Both the position numbers and the translations under genes were made by a program. A DNA stretch of 53,431 bases, filler included, from Squatina squatina (Eukaryota): NCBI GenBank assembly GCA_031763465.1. It is 3 parts of 3 records of this genome, joined end to end, with 100 filler letters (N's around TTAATTAATTAA, not from the genome) between each part and the next. Parts side by side here need not be neighbours in the genome. Positions count along the whole stretch, not along the records: positions 1 to 16,613 come from JARFOE010000115.1; positions 16,714 to 36,077 come from JARFOE010000222.1; 1 more part is not named here. One strand, given 5' to 3'. The notes beneath the pieces were generated by a model. The model was not told where the DNA came from. It did not search any database and saw only the letters and a program-made list of their open reading frames with translations. Shown piece by piece: positions 11,661 to 23,654 of the stretch (the first letter of the stretch is position 1; the number at the start of each line of letters is the position of its first letter).

Positions 11661-12657
11661 GTAACAAATTGCAAGTGAAACCCGCTCCTTTGGAAATGTT
11701 TCACCAAAATAATGAGTTGGAATTGTTTTTCAGAAATAAATCCGATGAGGAACCACAATGAGGCGGATACAAAGAAAAACAAAATAGAACCAGTTCCAGA
11801 AGATGCTGGTAATTACTGATTCGGATATTAACAAGGATCGTGAGATATGTATCTTGCTACTTGTTTTGCTTTGGTTTATTTTTATACATCTGTGTATGTC
11901 CATGCATGTTATTATTACTTAAAATCCCAATCAGTCACGACATCACCTCATTGCTGCTTGTACCATACTTGCAACAGAACTTTTACCGCCAGTAACGGAT
12001 GCACTCGACAGGGACAGTAAGGAATTAAATTACTATTTCCTATTGATTTAAACATTGCCAAACTCAGCTGCTTTAATATTAATGATTGTATGATGTTTTT
12101 GCTCACTTTGTAACTCGCTGTTGTTAATCAATAGAACAGAGTGGAAATGCGACATCCTCGATATAATTTCGATGCAAATTAGATTATTGAGTCAGACGCA
12201 GTGAGTGTATGGATCAGTTGTCATGCAGGCGACACCAACTCTGTATTTAACACTGGAGTTTGTTCCATTGCCTCCTGTCGAGGCGCATTCCAAATTTCTA
12301 TTCTGAATTCTTGGTGGCTTCTGCGTAAAAATAGTTTGCTGAATTATGCCGAGATCTCAAATAACTTTTAGCAGAAAGGCTTTTACTAAAATTGATTCCA
12401 TTCATGTTCTAAAGCCTCTCATTAAACATCAACAATCCCGAGAGTTTTTTCCACAGTATATGTTTGCAATACAGTTTCGGTTCATGTGTTCCAGCAGAGT
12501 ATTGCGGTTCACTGAGAATCCCAGGATCTTTCACATATGTCCCGCCAGACTGTAGCACAGAGGATTGGGACTCGCAGCAGGAGAAATAAAGTAAAGTGAT
12601 TGTATCCAAGTGCAGGTCAAAGTGCCCAAGTGTTCACAGGCGTATCTTTTAATGCAG

Positions 12658-12963
12658 AGTTGCGGCTGGCTGCAGGATTCAGTAATTGCTCCGGAAGAGT
12701 TGAGGTACTGTTCCGTGGGACATGGGGTACAGTGTGCGATGACTCCTGGGATAGACACGATGCTGCTGTCGTCTGTAGGCAATTGAACTGTGGCTATCCA
12801 GTCTGGGCCCCTGGAGAGACGCTATTCGATCGAACAAACAGCACCATTTGGATGGACGAGATTAAATGCAAGGGGAGCGAGCTATTCCTGTGGGACTGCC
12901 AATTTTCAGCAATGGGCCATCATGACTGTGGGCATAAAGAAGACGTCAGTGTCATATGTTCTG
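12658..12963 (+). CDS. SRCR group B domain exon (8 Cys)
   Basis: tgcag|...|gtatg boundaries, 306 nt, with an in-frame alternative AG 18 nt upstream. Translates as [31 protein letters not shown]...HKEDVSVICS. Confidence 0.95.
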
Positions 12964-12984
12964 GTATGTGATTTTGAAACAACA

Positions 12985-13365
12985 CCTCAACATTAAAATT
13001 CTCAAAGATGTTGTTCAAGTCCTTCCCTGTTCTCCCGCCACCCTCCAGCTGTATCACAATATTACCCGAAAGCCCTCAGAGATCTCTGGCTTCTTGCGCA
13101 GCGGCAAGTTTCATCGCTCCATCAATGCTATCCTTGCCTTCAGCTGCTTGGCCTTGAGCTCGAGAAATCCCAACACAACCCTTTTCCTGGCTACATCTCT
13201 CTCTCGCACTTAAGTCGGTCCTTAAACATTATCTGTTTCAGCAAGTTTATGGTCATCTGTTCCAATATCACTTTTTGTGGCTTTATATCAAAGTTTCTCT
13301 AATAATGCTCCTTGAAGCGCCTTGGGATGTTTTTCTTACTTTAAAGGCACTTTATAAATGCAAGT
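12985..13365 (+). mobile_element. L2 LINE 3' end
   Basis: Degenerate FKIL...AFSCL..WNSLP coding end with the tail gcgccttgggatg...aaaggcac.ttataaatgcaagtt. Confidence 0.7.
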
Positions 13366-13717
13366 TAACATGATTATGTTCCGCGGTAGAAAACACGATC
13401 CAGGGACAAAAATAAGATTATTTTTAATTTGATGCAGGAATATCTAAGCATCTCACTACGTTAAGTGCACAGTCACATGAATCCTATCATCATCTAGATG
13501 TTCATTTAGGACATGTTTAGTTGCTTTGTTACCACAACAACCTTCCTTTCACTGAGAGGCTTATCATTCATAAACAGCGATTTTTGCCCCAGGATACCAC
13601 TTGGTGAGGAGAAGCCAGATCTTGCTGCACTGGGGCACAGTGTTGATTTGACATAATCCCACCTGAGAACCATCCCACAGGCTTGGAACAGTGGGACAGG
13701 AGTAGGCCATCTCTAAC

Positions 13718-15115
13718 AGATTTTCTGTTTTGGATACTGCTGACGAATATGTTTTCTCAGGGGAATGCAGCAAGAGCCAAGTCCGTGGCACCACGAGTGG
13801 CTCAGCTGCATAGGAGGGGAGGAAAATGAGTGTGAGAGCAAAAGTGATAGTGGATTCTATAATAAGGGGGACAGATAGACGTTTCTGCGGCCGCAGACGT
13901 GACTCCAGGATGTATCTTGCCTCCCTGGTTCCAGGTTCAAGGATGTCACTGAGCGACTGTCGGACATTCTGAAGGGGGAGGGTGAACAGCCGGAGGCCGA
14001 TATCGGTACCAATTTGGTACCACGGAAATGGCAGAGCAATTAAACATATACTTTGGTTTTGTCTTCACAGAAGAGGACACAAAAAACCTCCCAGAAATGT
14101 CAGGGAAACAAGGGTCTAGTAGGAAGGAGGAATTGAAGCGAATTAGTATTGGTAAAAAAATAGTGCTGGAGAAATTAATGGGACTGAAAGCCTATAAGTC
14201 CCCACGTCCTGATAATCTACATCGCAGGGTACCAAAACAGGTGGCCATGGAAATAGTGGATGCATTAGTTGTCATCGTCAAAATTCTATAGATTCTGGAA
14301 AAGTTCCTACAGATCAGAGGGTAGCAAATTTAAACCCACAATTTCAAAAAGTAGGGAGAGAAAAAACAGGAAATTACAGACTGGCACCAGCAGCAGTTAA
14401 AATGATAAAGTCCATTTTAAAGGTTGTGATAACAGGACACTCAGAAAATACCAACGGGATTAGACAAAGTCAAAATGGATTTATGAAAGGGAAATCATAT
14501 TTGACATACCTGGAGATTTTTGAGGACGTAACAACGAGAATAGGTAAGGGAGAACCAGTGGAGGTGGTAGACTTGGATTTTGAGAAGGCTTTTGATAAGG
14601 TCCCAGACAAGAGGTTAGTGTGCAGAATTAGTGCATTTGGGATTGTGGGTATTATACTGGCATGGGCTGAGAATTGGTTAGCAGACAGGAAACAGAAAGT
14701 ACGAATAAATGGGTCTTTTTTTGGGGCGGCAGGCGGTGACTACTGGGGTACCGCAAAGATCACTGCATGGCCCCAGCAATTCACAATATATATCACTGAT
14801 TTGGATGAGGCAATCAAATGAAATATTTCCAAGTATGCTGACGACACAAAACTGGGTGCGAATGTGAGTTGTGAGGAGGAAGTAAGGAGCCTTCAAGGCG
14901 ATTTAGTCAATTTGAATGAGTGGACAAAAACATGGCAGATGCAGTATAACAGCCAGTTGTCATGGTACACAGAGGTACCAACGATATAGGTAAAAAATGG
15001 GATGAGGTCCTACAAGATGAATTTAGGGAGTTAGGAGCTAAATTAAAAAGTAGGACCTCAAAGGTAATAATCTCTGGATTACTACCAGTGCCACGTGCTA
15101 GTCAGAGTAGAAATA
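13718..15115 (+). mobile_element. Composite CR1: ORF1 esterase piece / ORF2 RT piece / ORF1 esterase piece
   Basis: DSIIRGTDRRFC...GEGEQPE runs to ~14012. EMAEQLN...GFMKGKS...LDFEKAFDKVP...KYADDTKL...WQMQY spans 14026-14950, and PVVMVHRGTND...KVIISGLLPVPRA spans 14951-15115. Confidence 0.85.
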
Positions 15116-15799
15116 NNNNNNNNNNNNNNNNNNNNNNNNNNNNNNNNNNNNNNNNNNNNNNNNNNNNNNNNNNNNNNNNNNNNNNNNNNNNNNNNNNNNN
15201 NNNNNNNNNNNNNNNTAAGTTCAACACACTTTAGAATTTGAGCTAGTGTGTCCCAGCAGCATTCGTCGGACTGAGAGCCAGCAAGGATCACTGGGTAGTG
15301 ACGGGTTTATCTCCAGCTCACTGCTCGCTCTCAGCTCGTCACTACAGTGTGGATTATTCATCATAACCCAGCATTGCTCCTGTGCAGCTGCCATTGCTGT
15401 TTATGGGCGAGATGTGAAGGATCGCAGGACCTCTCGACACGAATACATTCAGTCACAACTTGTATTTATATCGCACCTTTGGCCCAAGCTGCTTCACTAC
15501 AGCGTTATCACATAAAATGTGACACAGAGCCACATAACAGGATATTAGGACAGTTGACCAAAAGCTTCATCAAAGGGTTTGAAGGAGGTAAGAGAGGCAG
15601 GCAGGTTTCAGGCAATGTTTTTGGGCGGGGCAGTCATTTTGTTTCATGGGATGTGCAACCCATTCCCAGTTTCACACATACACAAACTTTACATTTACAA
15701 AGTCGATCCCGGGCAGCAGGGCAGTGATGCACCTTAAAGGGAACATTGGTTTAGGGAGTGACTTCCAGAACTCAGAGCTTAGGCAACTGATGGGCCTAA

Positions 15800-15973
15800 A
15801 CCCAAATCCTCCACTTTAACACACAAGTTACCTTTATAGTCTCTCAGAGAACCAATCTTCTTTGATTATCTTCTCGCTCTTAATGGATTTAAAAGCATCT
15901 TTGGGTTTTCCTTGATTTTACTTACTAATATTTTTTCATGCTCTCTCTTTGCTTTCCTAATTTCCTCTTTAAT
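15800..15973 (-). mobile_element. CR1 ORF2 fragment
   Basis: The minus strand reads IRKAKREHEKILVSKIKENPK, typical of the CR1 EN-RT linker. Confidence 0.6.
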
Positions 15974-16613
15974 NNNNNNNNNNNNNNNNNNNNNNNNNNN
16001 NNNNNNNNNNNNNNNNNNNNNNNNNNNNNNNNNNNNNNNNNNNNNNNNNNNNNNNNNNNNNNNNNNNNNNNNNGTTGCAAATCTCAGTATTTATCTTGCA
16101 CAGTTCAGCATGAATATTACAAAAATTCAATAAATGAATCACTCTGTTGAATGTTTCTGCAATAAATGTTTTTTTTTCTGCCTGGCTTTGGTACAAGTGC
16201 AGCGATGGGACACAACACATCAAAACAAAACCACAGCCTACATACGTGTAACAAATATACAGCAATTCCACACGATAAATTCAAAAATATACAGAAAAAG
16301 AAACCAAAATCATTCCTGAAAAAAAAAATCAAAAATCAACATTACTACACTTCAAATCAGGCCAAGGAATTAAGACAAGAGGGCAATTTACAGGGTTAAA
16401 TGGTACATGGGCAGGGCTTGTATTAGAACTGTTAACAAGCAGTGAGAAGTATTCAGTGGAACTTGACGGCAAAGGAACAGAATTTAGCCTCTGACCTCGG
16501 TTTGCCCATTCACAGGCCTGTAGTTAACATTCATCCATCACTTTCTGTGAAGAGGTCTCCATGTTATACTGGGCCTTTCGAGAAGTTACAGCATGATTGG
16601 GCTTGTGCTGCAC

Positions 16614-16713
16614 NNNNNNNNNNNNNNNNNNNNNNNNNNNNNNNNNNNNNNNNNNNNTTAATTAATTAANNNNNNNNNNNNNNNNNNNNNNNNNNNNNNN
16701 NNNNNNNNNNNNN
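16614..16713. other. Artificial scaffold-joining linker
   Basis: N44 + TTAATTAATTAA (16658-16669, stops in all six frames) + N44. An identical linker is at 36078-36177. Confidence 0.97.
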
Positions 16714-17283
16714 CAAGTCCGCAGATCAGTGCAGGCAGTCGTTGCTACTGTCCCCTGCCATAAATTACAAATGCCCCGATTTCTCTGGTCGGGGGGATGA
16801 CCCCCTATCTCAACAAATGGATGCCCTCAGCCTCTCCAGCCAAGCTGCGAGTCTCAGCAACGATCTCTTCTGGAAGGGCCGGATGGACCCAGATGCGTCA
16901 GAGGAACATGAAGAATGGGCTGAGCACGATGACTACATGACCCAGCTGCTGCTTAAGTTTGGGGATCGGGGAATCTTTCAGCAGGCCAATGAAGACAGCA
17001 GGCAGTGCGAGCACTGGATATCAGACAGTGAAGCCAAAANNNNNNNNNNTGTACTGGGCACAGTCCCAGGACAATCTGGGAGATTCCGCCTACGGGAGCC
17101 ATCCAGGTCCTGCCAGCAGTCGAAAGATTCAAGAGCTCGACATCGAACACGGCGCTGTAGGCTACAAACACAACCAAAATCCATGGTACGAAGATTCCCT
17201 GGAATGCCTGACAAATGAGTTAAAGCCAGCAGAACAAAGTGTTGGAGATTCTGTGGATTCCTTGGCCCTGTCTAATATCACAG
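16714..17283 (+). CDS. PRICKLE1: Prickle-like protein 1, penultimate coding exon (5'-truncated, internal gap)
   Basis: [19 protein letters not shown]...[12 protein letters not shown]..., then after the gap [24 protein letters not shown]...[10 protein letters not shown]. The GT donor is at 17284. Confidence 0.95.
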
Positions 17284-17609
17284 GTAACAAACACTGAAAG
17301 CATTCATCAACTGGATCAAAAATTACACATGTTTTTCATTTTGGAAAATGAATTCATGTTAATTTTAGGAACCATTTCTAACAAAATTACCATCTTTTGG
17401 AGAGTTTTTTTTTAAATTACAGGAAATTGTAGCCAATGAGCAATAAAAATAGCTGAAAAGTGAAATTTAATTTTAGACAGGCCATTCATTTTCACCACTT
17501 GTGCACACCAATGATGCAATACCAGAGTGTACAGAATCCCTTCAATATCTCACACACTATTCCCTTGCTCTTGGTGGGTAAATAAAAGGTGCTTGATTGA
17601 CATGATGTT

Positions 17610-18074
17610 GACAAAAATAATTTGCATTTATATAGCGCCTTTAACCCAGTAAATCATCCCAACAAGGTGCTTCACGGGAATAATCAGACAGTTCGGTTAA
17701 AGAGGTAGGTTCTAAGGAGTGTCAGAAAGATGAAGAGAGAGGTGGGGAGGAGGAGAGGTTTAAGCAGAGGATTACAGAAACTTCGAGTTTAGGCAGCTGA
17801 AGGCATGACTGCCAGTGGTTTGGCTAAAGAAGGCAGAGATGCACATGAGGTCAGAATTGGAGGAGCGCAGAGATCTCGGAAGGTTGTGAGGCTGGATATG
17901 CAGGGGTGAGGCCATGGAGGGACTTGAACGTGAGGGTGAGAATTTTAAAATCGAGCGTTCGGGGACCGGAAGCCAATGTAGGTAGGCGAGCACAGACGTG
18001 ATGGGTGAATGCTACTGTGCGAGTTAGGATACGAGCAGCAGAGTTCTGTACATGCCCGGGTTTATAGAGGAGTG
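17610..18074 (-). mobile_element. 5'-truncated L2 LINE in PRICKLE1 intron
   Basis: VQNSAARILTR...LHWLPV...FKIL is the L2 ORF2 C-terminus, followed by the tail gttaaaggcgctatataaatgcaa. Confidence 0.85.
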
Positions 18075-18540
18075 ATATGTACTCCAGAACCAAGTAGCAG
18101 ACAAATTTCTTGGCTTGTACGCTGACCATATATGTTGTATCGTCTTGTACAGTTCCACCACATTGTGATGGGCAATCAAAGTTTCTCTCTCATTGGGTCT
18201 AGCACACTTTGCACTCTTATGTGATGCTAATTAGCTTCAAATAATAGTGTGGAAACTATAGTTTTAATCGGCATGCCCAGATTCCAGCAGATTTTGTGGA
18301 TACAATGCGATAGCAATGTTGGTGGTATAACTGGGTAGATGATGTGAGGAGCGGGTGTATTTGTGGTACTTTGGAGGGGTGGCGGGGGGTGAGGAGAGAA
18401 ACTATAATTCTCAGGATGAATCGATATTTTAAAACAAATTCTTTAATGAAGCTCTATTTTAGTACATAGCGGTAGTAAATACTTAACATTGCCAAGTAAT
18501 GTTACAAATTATTTTATTTTCCCTGTTCCTTTTTTTGTAG

Positions 18541-19494
18541 GGGCTTCAGTAGATGGGGACAGCCAGCAAAGGTCATCCATGTTTGCTCTACAGGATTTCC
18601 AAGAAATGGAGAATGACTGTGAAAAAATGAGTAACATGGGAACAATGAACTCCTCAATGCGTCACCGCAGCACAGAATCCCTCAAGAGTTTGACATCAGA
18701 ACTCTGCCAGGTCNNNNNNNNNNNNNNNNNNNNNNNNNNNNNNNNNNNNNNNNNNNNNNNNNNNNNNNNNNNNNNNNNNNNNNNNNNNNNNNNNNNNNNN
18801 NNNNNNNNNNNNNGTGACACCAGAGGAAAAGCAAAAGCCTCTCTACCACCCGATGCTGAGAAGATCAAAGTCCCAGTCAAGGCCACAGCAAGTGAAGTTT
18901 TCTGATGATGTCATTGATAATGGGAACTACGAAGAGATAGAAATTCGCCAACCTCCAATGAGCGAAAGAACTCGCCGGCGTGTGTACAATTTTGATGGAC
19001 ATGGTAATCGGCACCACCATCGTCGCCGCAGGAGCAGGAAGTCCCGTTCTGACAATGCCCTCCATCTGGCCTCAGAAAGGAGGTGTCCAAGAGAAAGGCC
19101 TCGTCTCTACTCTCCAGAAGACTGTGACAAATTAATCCAGGCCAAAGTCTCACGTGAAAGGCAAGCATACATTCAAAGCCAGGAAATGTATGGGCACTAC
19201 AACCATAATCCAGACTATGCACTACAGAACCAAGTAGTAGACAAATTTCTTGGCTTGTACGCTGACGACGATGACTCCTGGTGCTCAACATGCTCCTCTT
19301 CATCCTCTGATTCAGAAGAAGAAGGCTATTTCCTTGGGCAACCTATCCCACAGCCCAGAGCCCAAAGATATCAGTATTATACAGATGATCTTACAGGGCC
19401 GTCGTCAGTGCTGCCGGCTTCCACTGTTGGCCCACGGACCATCAAACCCAAAAAGAAAAAGGGGCACAAAGGGAAAAATTGTATAATTTCCTAG
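18541..19494 (+). CDS. PRICKLE1: Prickle-like protein 1, last coding exon (internal 100-N gap)
   Basis: Polypyrimidine-AG acceptor, then GASVDG...[10 protein letters not shown]...[22 protein letters not shown]...[28 protein letters not shown]...[10 protein letters not shown], ending in a CaaX box. Confidence 0.97.
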
Positions 19495-20873
19495 AGCAGA
19501 ATTGGTATGAACCAAATCTGCAAGGAGCTTGTCTCGCCTACAACCCTGTGAATTCAAATGGTGTTACTAAAATGGCTGNNNNNNNNNNNNNNNNNNNNNN
19601 NNNNNNNNNNNNNNNNNNNNNNNNNNNNNNNNNNNNNNNNNNNNNNNNNNNNNNNNNNNNNNNNNNNNNNNNNNNNNNNNNNNNNNNNNNNNNNNNNNNN
19701 NNNNNNNNNNNNNNNNNNNNNNNNNNNNNNNNNNNNNNNNNNNNNNNNNNNNNNNNNNNNNNNNNNNNNNNNNNNNNNNNNNNNNNNNNNNNNNNNNNNN
19801 NNNNNNNNNNNNNNNNNNNNNNNNNNNNNNNNNNNNNNNNNNNNNNNNNNNNNNNNNNNNNNNNNNNNNNNNNNNNNNNNNNNNNNNNNNNNNNNNNNNN
19901 NNNNNNNNNNNNNNNNNNNNNNNNNNNNNNNNNNNNNNNNNNNNNNGGTGGCGAGAATGCAACAAGTCTACTTTAAATCCAGGACAGACTGTTATGACAC
20001 TTGTGGATAAACGTACTATTATTTACACCTGTGGGCAGTACTTTGTTTCTGTATTTTAATGGACTACCGGCTTGCAGTTCTTTGGCCATCCAGCACAGTA
20101 CAGAACTTCATCATAATGCCAGGTTTATACTTCGAGGAAGCTTTAAGCGGTTTCTTCAGTAAAATGCTTTTAACTTTGTAACGGTTTAATATGTCTTAAT
20201 TGGTGCTTCATGTTATTATGGTCTTAATTGTCCACTTACAGTAAAGTATTTGCAATGAGTTTGTAAAGGCAAAACAAAAGGGGCTGAATGACCAAAGGAG
20301 AAAAAAAACAGGTCAGGCTGAAGTATATTGATGCAAATCTGCCCCCACCCCCACCCCAATTCTAATATTACAAGCATTAAAGTAGCTGCAATCTGTAATT
20401 TCAAAGAAAAAATGTTGGTATTTATAATGTAGCATTTAGCAACTAAACTTAATCATAATTTAACAGTGCAAATAATGTATATATTGTAAAGTTCAGATTA
20501 AGAAACTGATATTTTTATATATCCCTGAATTACAAAAAAAAGTCATATATGTTTGGTTGTAAGAAATAGATGTAATTAAGTGATTGGCAGCAATAGATTA
20601 ATTCTCTTAATGACCCCTTCAAGTAATGATTCAGTGTTTTGTTTTTAGGATGTATAGTTGTTAATGCTTCTTCTATATACAGCCATCAGCTTCCCCTTGC
20701 TCTTTTTTGTTAAATTCCTGTTAGGGTCCTTTGTATGCAGTAGTATTAAACCAGTCCCTGATTCCATCAGACCACCTGGAGCCCTGGCTATGTTACAAGA
20801 GCTCATTGTGAATCAGATAGTGTAAAGAAGTATCAAACTGATGTATAAATGTAAAAACTGCAACATGTGGATG

Positions 20874-20941
20874 AATAAAAAAAAGGTTATTGTAAAATAA
20901 TCCAATTTGTTTCACTAAAATGCATTACATTCAATAATAAA
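20874..20941 (+). terminator. Candidate PRICKLE1 polyadenylation signals
   Basis: AATAAA at 20874-20879 and 20936-20941, at the end of an AU-rich 3' UTR-like tract with no recognisable repeats. Confidence 0.55.
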
Positions 20942-21808
20942 TAGCTGTGAGTCAGCTCTACACGTTCTCCAGGTTTGGGGATTCTAGTCATCTGGGCTGA
21001 TGAATGCATTTAAGAAAGGAACAACATTTTCAGGTTTGAATGGACTTCGGGGCAACAACACCCCTGGAAAGGAGTCAAGCATCACCCTGGTCATACCTGC
21101 GGGTATTAGTTGAGACATAATTTCCACGGCTCTGCCTCACTGGAGAAGCAATTTTCGGGTAGTGGCACCCACTGCAGACCTTGCATTATTGGTGACCGAG
21201 GATAATATAGGGGACATCATCTAACCTGCTGTTAGCAGATGCATCAAAAATGCTCCCTGAAACTGATTTCGAAGAGGAGATGTTTTAGAATCACAGAATC
21301 GTACAGTACAGACCGACACCCAAGATGGATTAACATTTGACGTGACATCAAGTCTGTTTGTATCTCGATCAATCTTTGTGGACGGGGGGACGGGGGAACA
21401 TACTTCATTTTAGCTCGAACTGTCATCCACAAGATGTGGATTTTTGAAATAACATGAATATGACATGAGTGAGGAGGAGGTAGCGGAATCGGGAGAAAGC
21501 CTNNNNNNNNNNNNNNNNNNNNNNNNNNNNNNNNNNNNNNNNNNNNNNNNNNNNNNNNNNNNNNNNNNNNNNNNNNNNNNNNNNNNNNNNNNNNNNNNNN
21601 NNCAAACTTCCCACAAGCATTCAAATAAGAGACCACTGTAGAACCTGAGCCTAGGATATTCCTTTAAGTTTTTTCATTGGAAATATTCCACATAGTTCAT
21701 ATACACCAAGAAATACTGTCTTAGAATCTAACCCATATTGATCTCAGAAATACACTCCCGATTACAGATACCATTATATAAGGAATATACTATTGAGGTC
21801 AATATAGA

Positions 21809-21819
21809 TTTATTTTATT
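21809..21819 (-). terminator. Candidate PPHLN1 polyadenylation signal
   Basis: Two overlapping AATAAA on the minus strand, ~210 nt downstream of the PPHLN1 stop. Confidence 0.5.
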
Positions 21820-22030
21820 GTCCATCATACATATCAAACATGTATTTTGCACTTCCAACTTAAAGACTATAAATTTAAATATACTCAAACAACAGGCAGA
21901 GTCACTTCACACTAGCATGGTCTTCTGCTGCTAAATTCAGAACAACGGACATATAATCTAACGGTTACATTTACTATAAAACGGACTTGGGCTAAATGCA
22001 GAAGAATTATCAGTGACTCAAACTGTGGAG

Positions 22031-22225
22031 TTATAAGTTTGCTGTGCGCTCTCCAGGAGCAGAATCATAATGGGTGATGAACTTTCTCAGTTCTTCAATG
22101 CAACGTTCTCCTATCTCACGCAAGTTTTCTCTTAGTGCAAACTGTATTGTTTTTTCCAATGATGGGTCTTTGTCAATGAGCATCTGCACAACCATGCCAA
22201 AGGTTTCGCAGTCTTGTCTATAAAC
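22031..22225 (-). CDS. PPHLN1: Periphilin-1 (HUSH subunit), last coding exon
   Basis: ctttcag|VYRQDCETFGMVVQMLIDKDPSLEKTIQFALRENLREIGERCIEELRKFITHYD...* matches the periphilin C-terminus. It is convergent with PRICKLE1, as in mammals. Confidence 0.95.
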   Translation of the reverse strand, partial: VYRQDCETFGMVVQMLIDKDPSLEKTIQFALRENLREIGERCIEELRKFITHYDSAPGERTANL

Positions 22226-23654
22226 CTGAAAGACAAAAAGCAAGCCTGATTTTAGTTCAATGATTTAAATGGCTAACTTTTAGAATAGTTACAACTTTCG
22301 CAAAAAACCCACATATAACTATGCAATTTTATACAGAACTTAAACTAAAATACTCGACACATTACAAGGTAGAGGCTTATCCCAAAGAAGGCAGGTGCAT
22401 ATATGAATGTTTCTTTAAGGTTGCAATGTTCTTTAAAATTCAAGGCCTTGGCTGTTAAAAATACATGATACATTTTCAAATCTCTTTTCATCTCACTCAC
22501 ATTGCTATATATAAATGCAAGTGGTCGTTGTTGGTTTCATCTGAAATAATAGCGATAGATGGAATTTAGAATCAAATTATCCAATCTTGGCTGGATTTCA
22601 ATATGCTTGCTGTGCAAGACGTTACCATTTAGGCAATAATAATAGGATTTAAACAAAGCCTGAGTGAGCTACAATTATGTGNNNNNNNNNNNNNNNNNNN
22701 NNNNNNNNNNNNNNNNNNNNNNNNNNNNNNNNNNNNNNNNNNNNNNNNNNNNNNNNNNNNNNNNNNNNNNNNNNNNNNNNNATCATTTTTGTTTATATGC
22801 AGAATCAAATGGCAGTGTTTTTACAGCATTTCCATGTCACCTTGAAAGTGTTAACAGTTTCTTCCTGAGTCAGTATATTTTGGACTTCAACCGGCAGACT
22901 AAAAACAAATCGTGCACAGTATTTTCCAAGAAAATTTTCCCACATATTGGGATAAATAGTGATCTGCAAGGGCAACTTTGACACCAGATCCAACAGTTAC
23001 TGGGCAGATAAAAGCAAATTGCTGTACTGTTGTTCAGAGACAATAAATGGCACACACTGTGATCTGCTTTCACATCACTGCCGTAACAGAATCATTCAGC
23101 TCATGCTCAACAATAGAACTGATGTGCTTAAAATTAGTCTTAGAATACATGCTCTGAAGAAATAATAATCATTCTCGTCAACACCTTTAAAAATAGTTCC
23201 TGCTTGCAAACATCAAAATGTGGGTCACAGCTACAGTTAACAAAACATTGAAGAATACTCAAAGCACCATCAGGCTCATCCAGTCTAAAAACACATCTCA
23301 TTTTTCTCAAATAAAGCACTATGCTAACAATCAAGACATACCATCCTTAAAAAAGCAAAATAACCACCACCATACTGAATTACTGAAAACACTTGTATAG
23401 AACACTTTGTTTTGTTTTTTGGAGGGGAAAGAACCAAAAGAAGTTGTTAAAATCAATTTTAACCCTTAAGATCTGCAATACATCAGCATTATGCCTCCCG
23501 CTTATCACAAAAAACCACATATATTCACTTTCAGATTGTACTGAGTTGCTAGCTGTAGCTATTGCGGGAAAGGAAATAGAATTTGCATTTGTAGACTACT
23601 TTGTTAAATTATCAAAACATACCAAAGCTAATGAATTACTTTTGAAGTGTGATC

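Noticed and set aside
15246-15515. ORF as a possible TM or cytoplasmic exon of the SRCR gene
   Set aside because: It has no clear TM helix, splice sites or recognisable similarity, and lies between gaps.
16658-16669. TTAATTAATTAA palindrome as a biological motif or repeat
   Set aside because: It is centred in symmetric N44 runs and recurs identically, so it is an assembly spacer.
23030-23112. Possible intronic C/D snoRNA on the PPHLN1 strand
   Set aside because: CUGA and a short terminal stem are present, but there is no canonical RUGAUGA C box at the 5' end.
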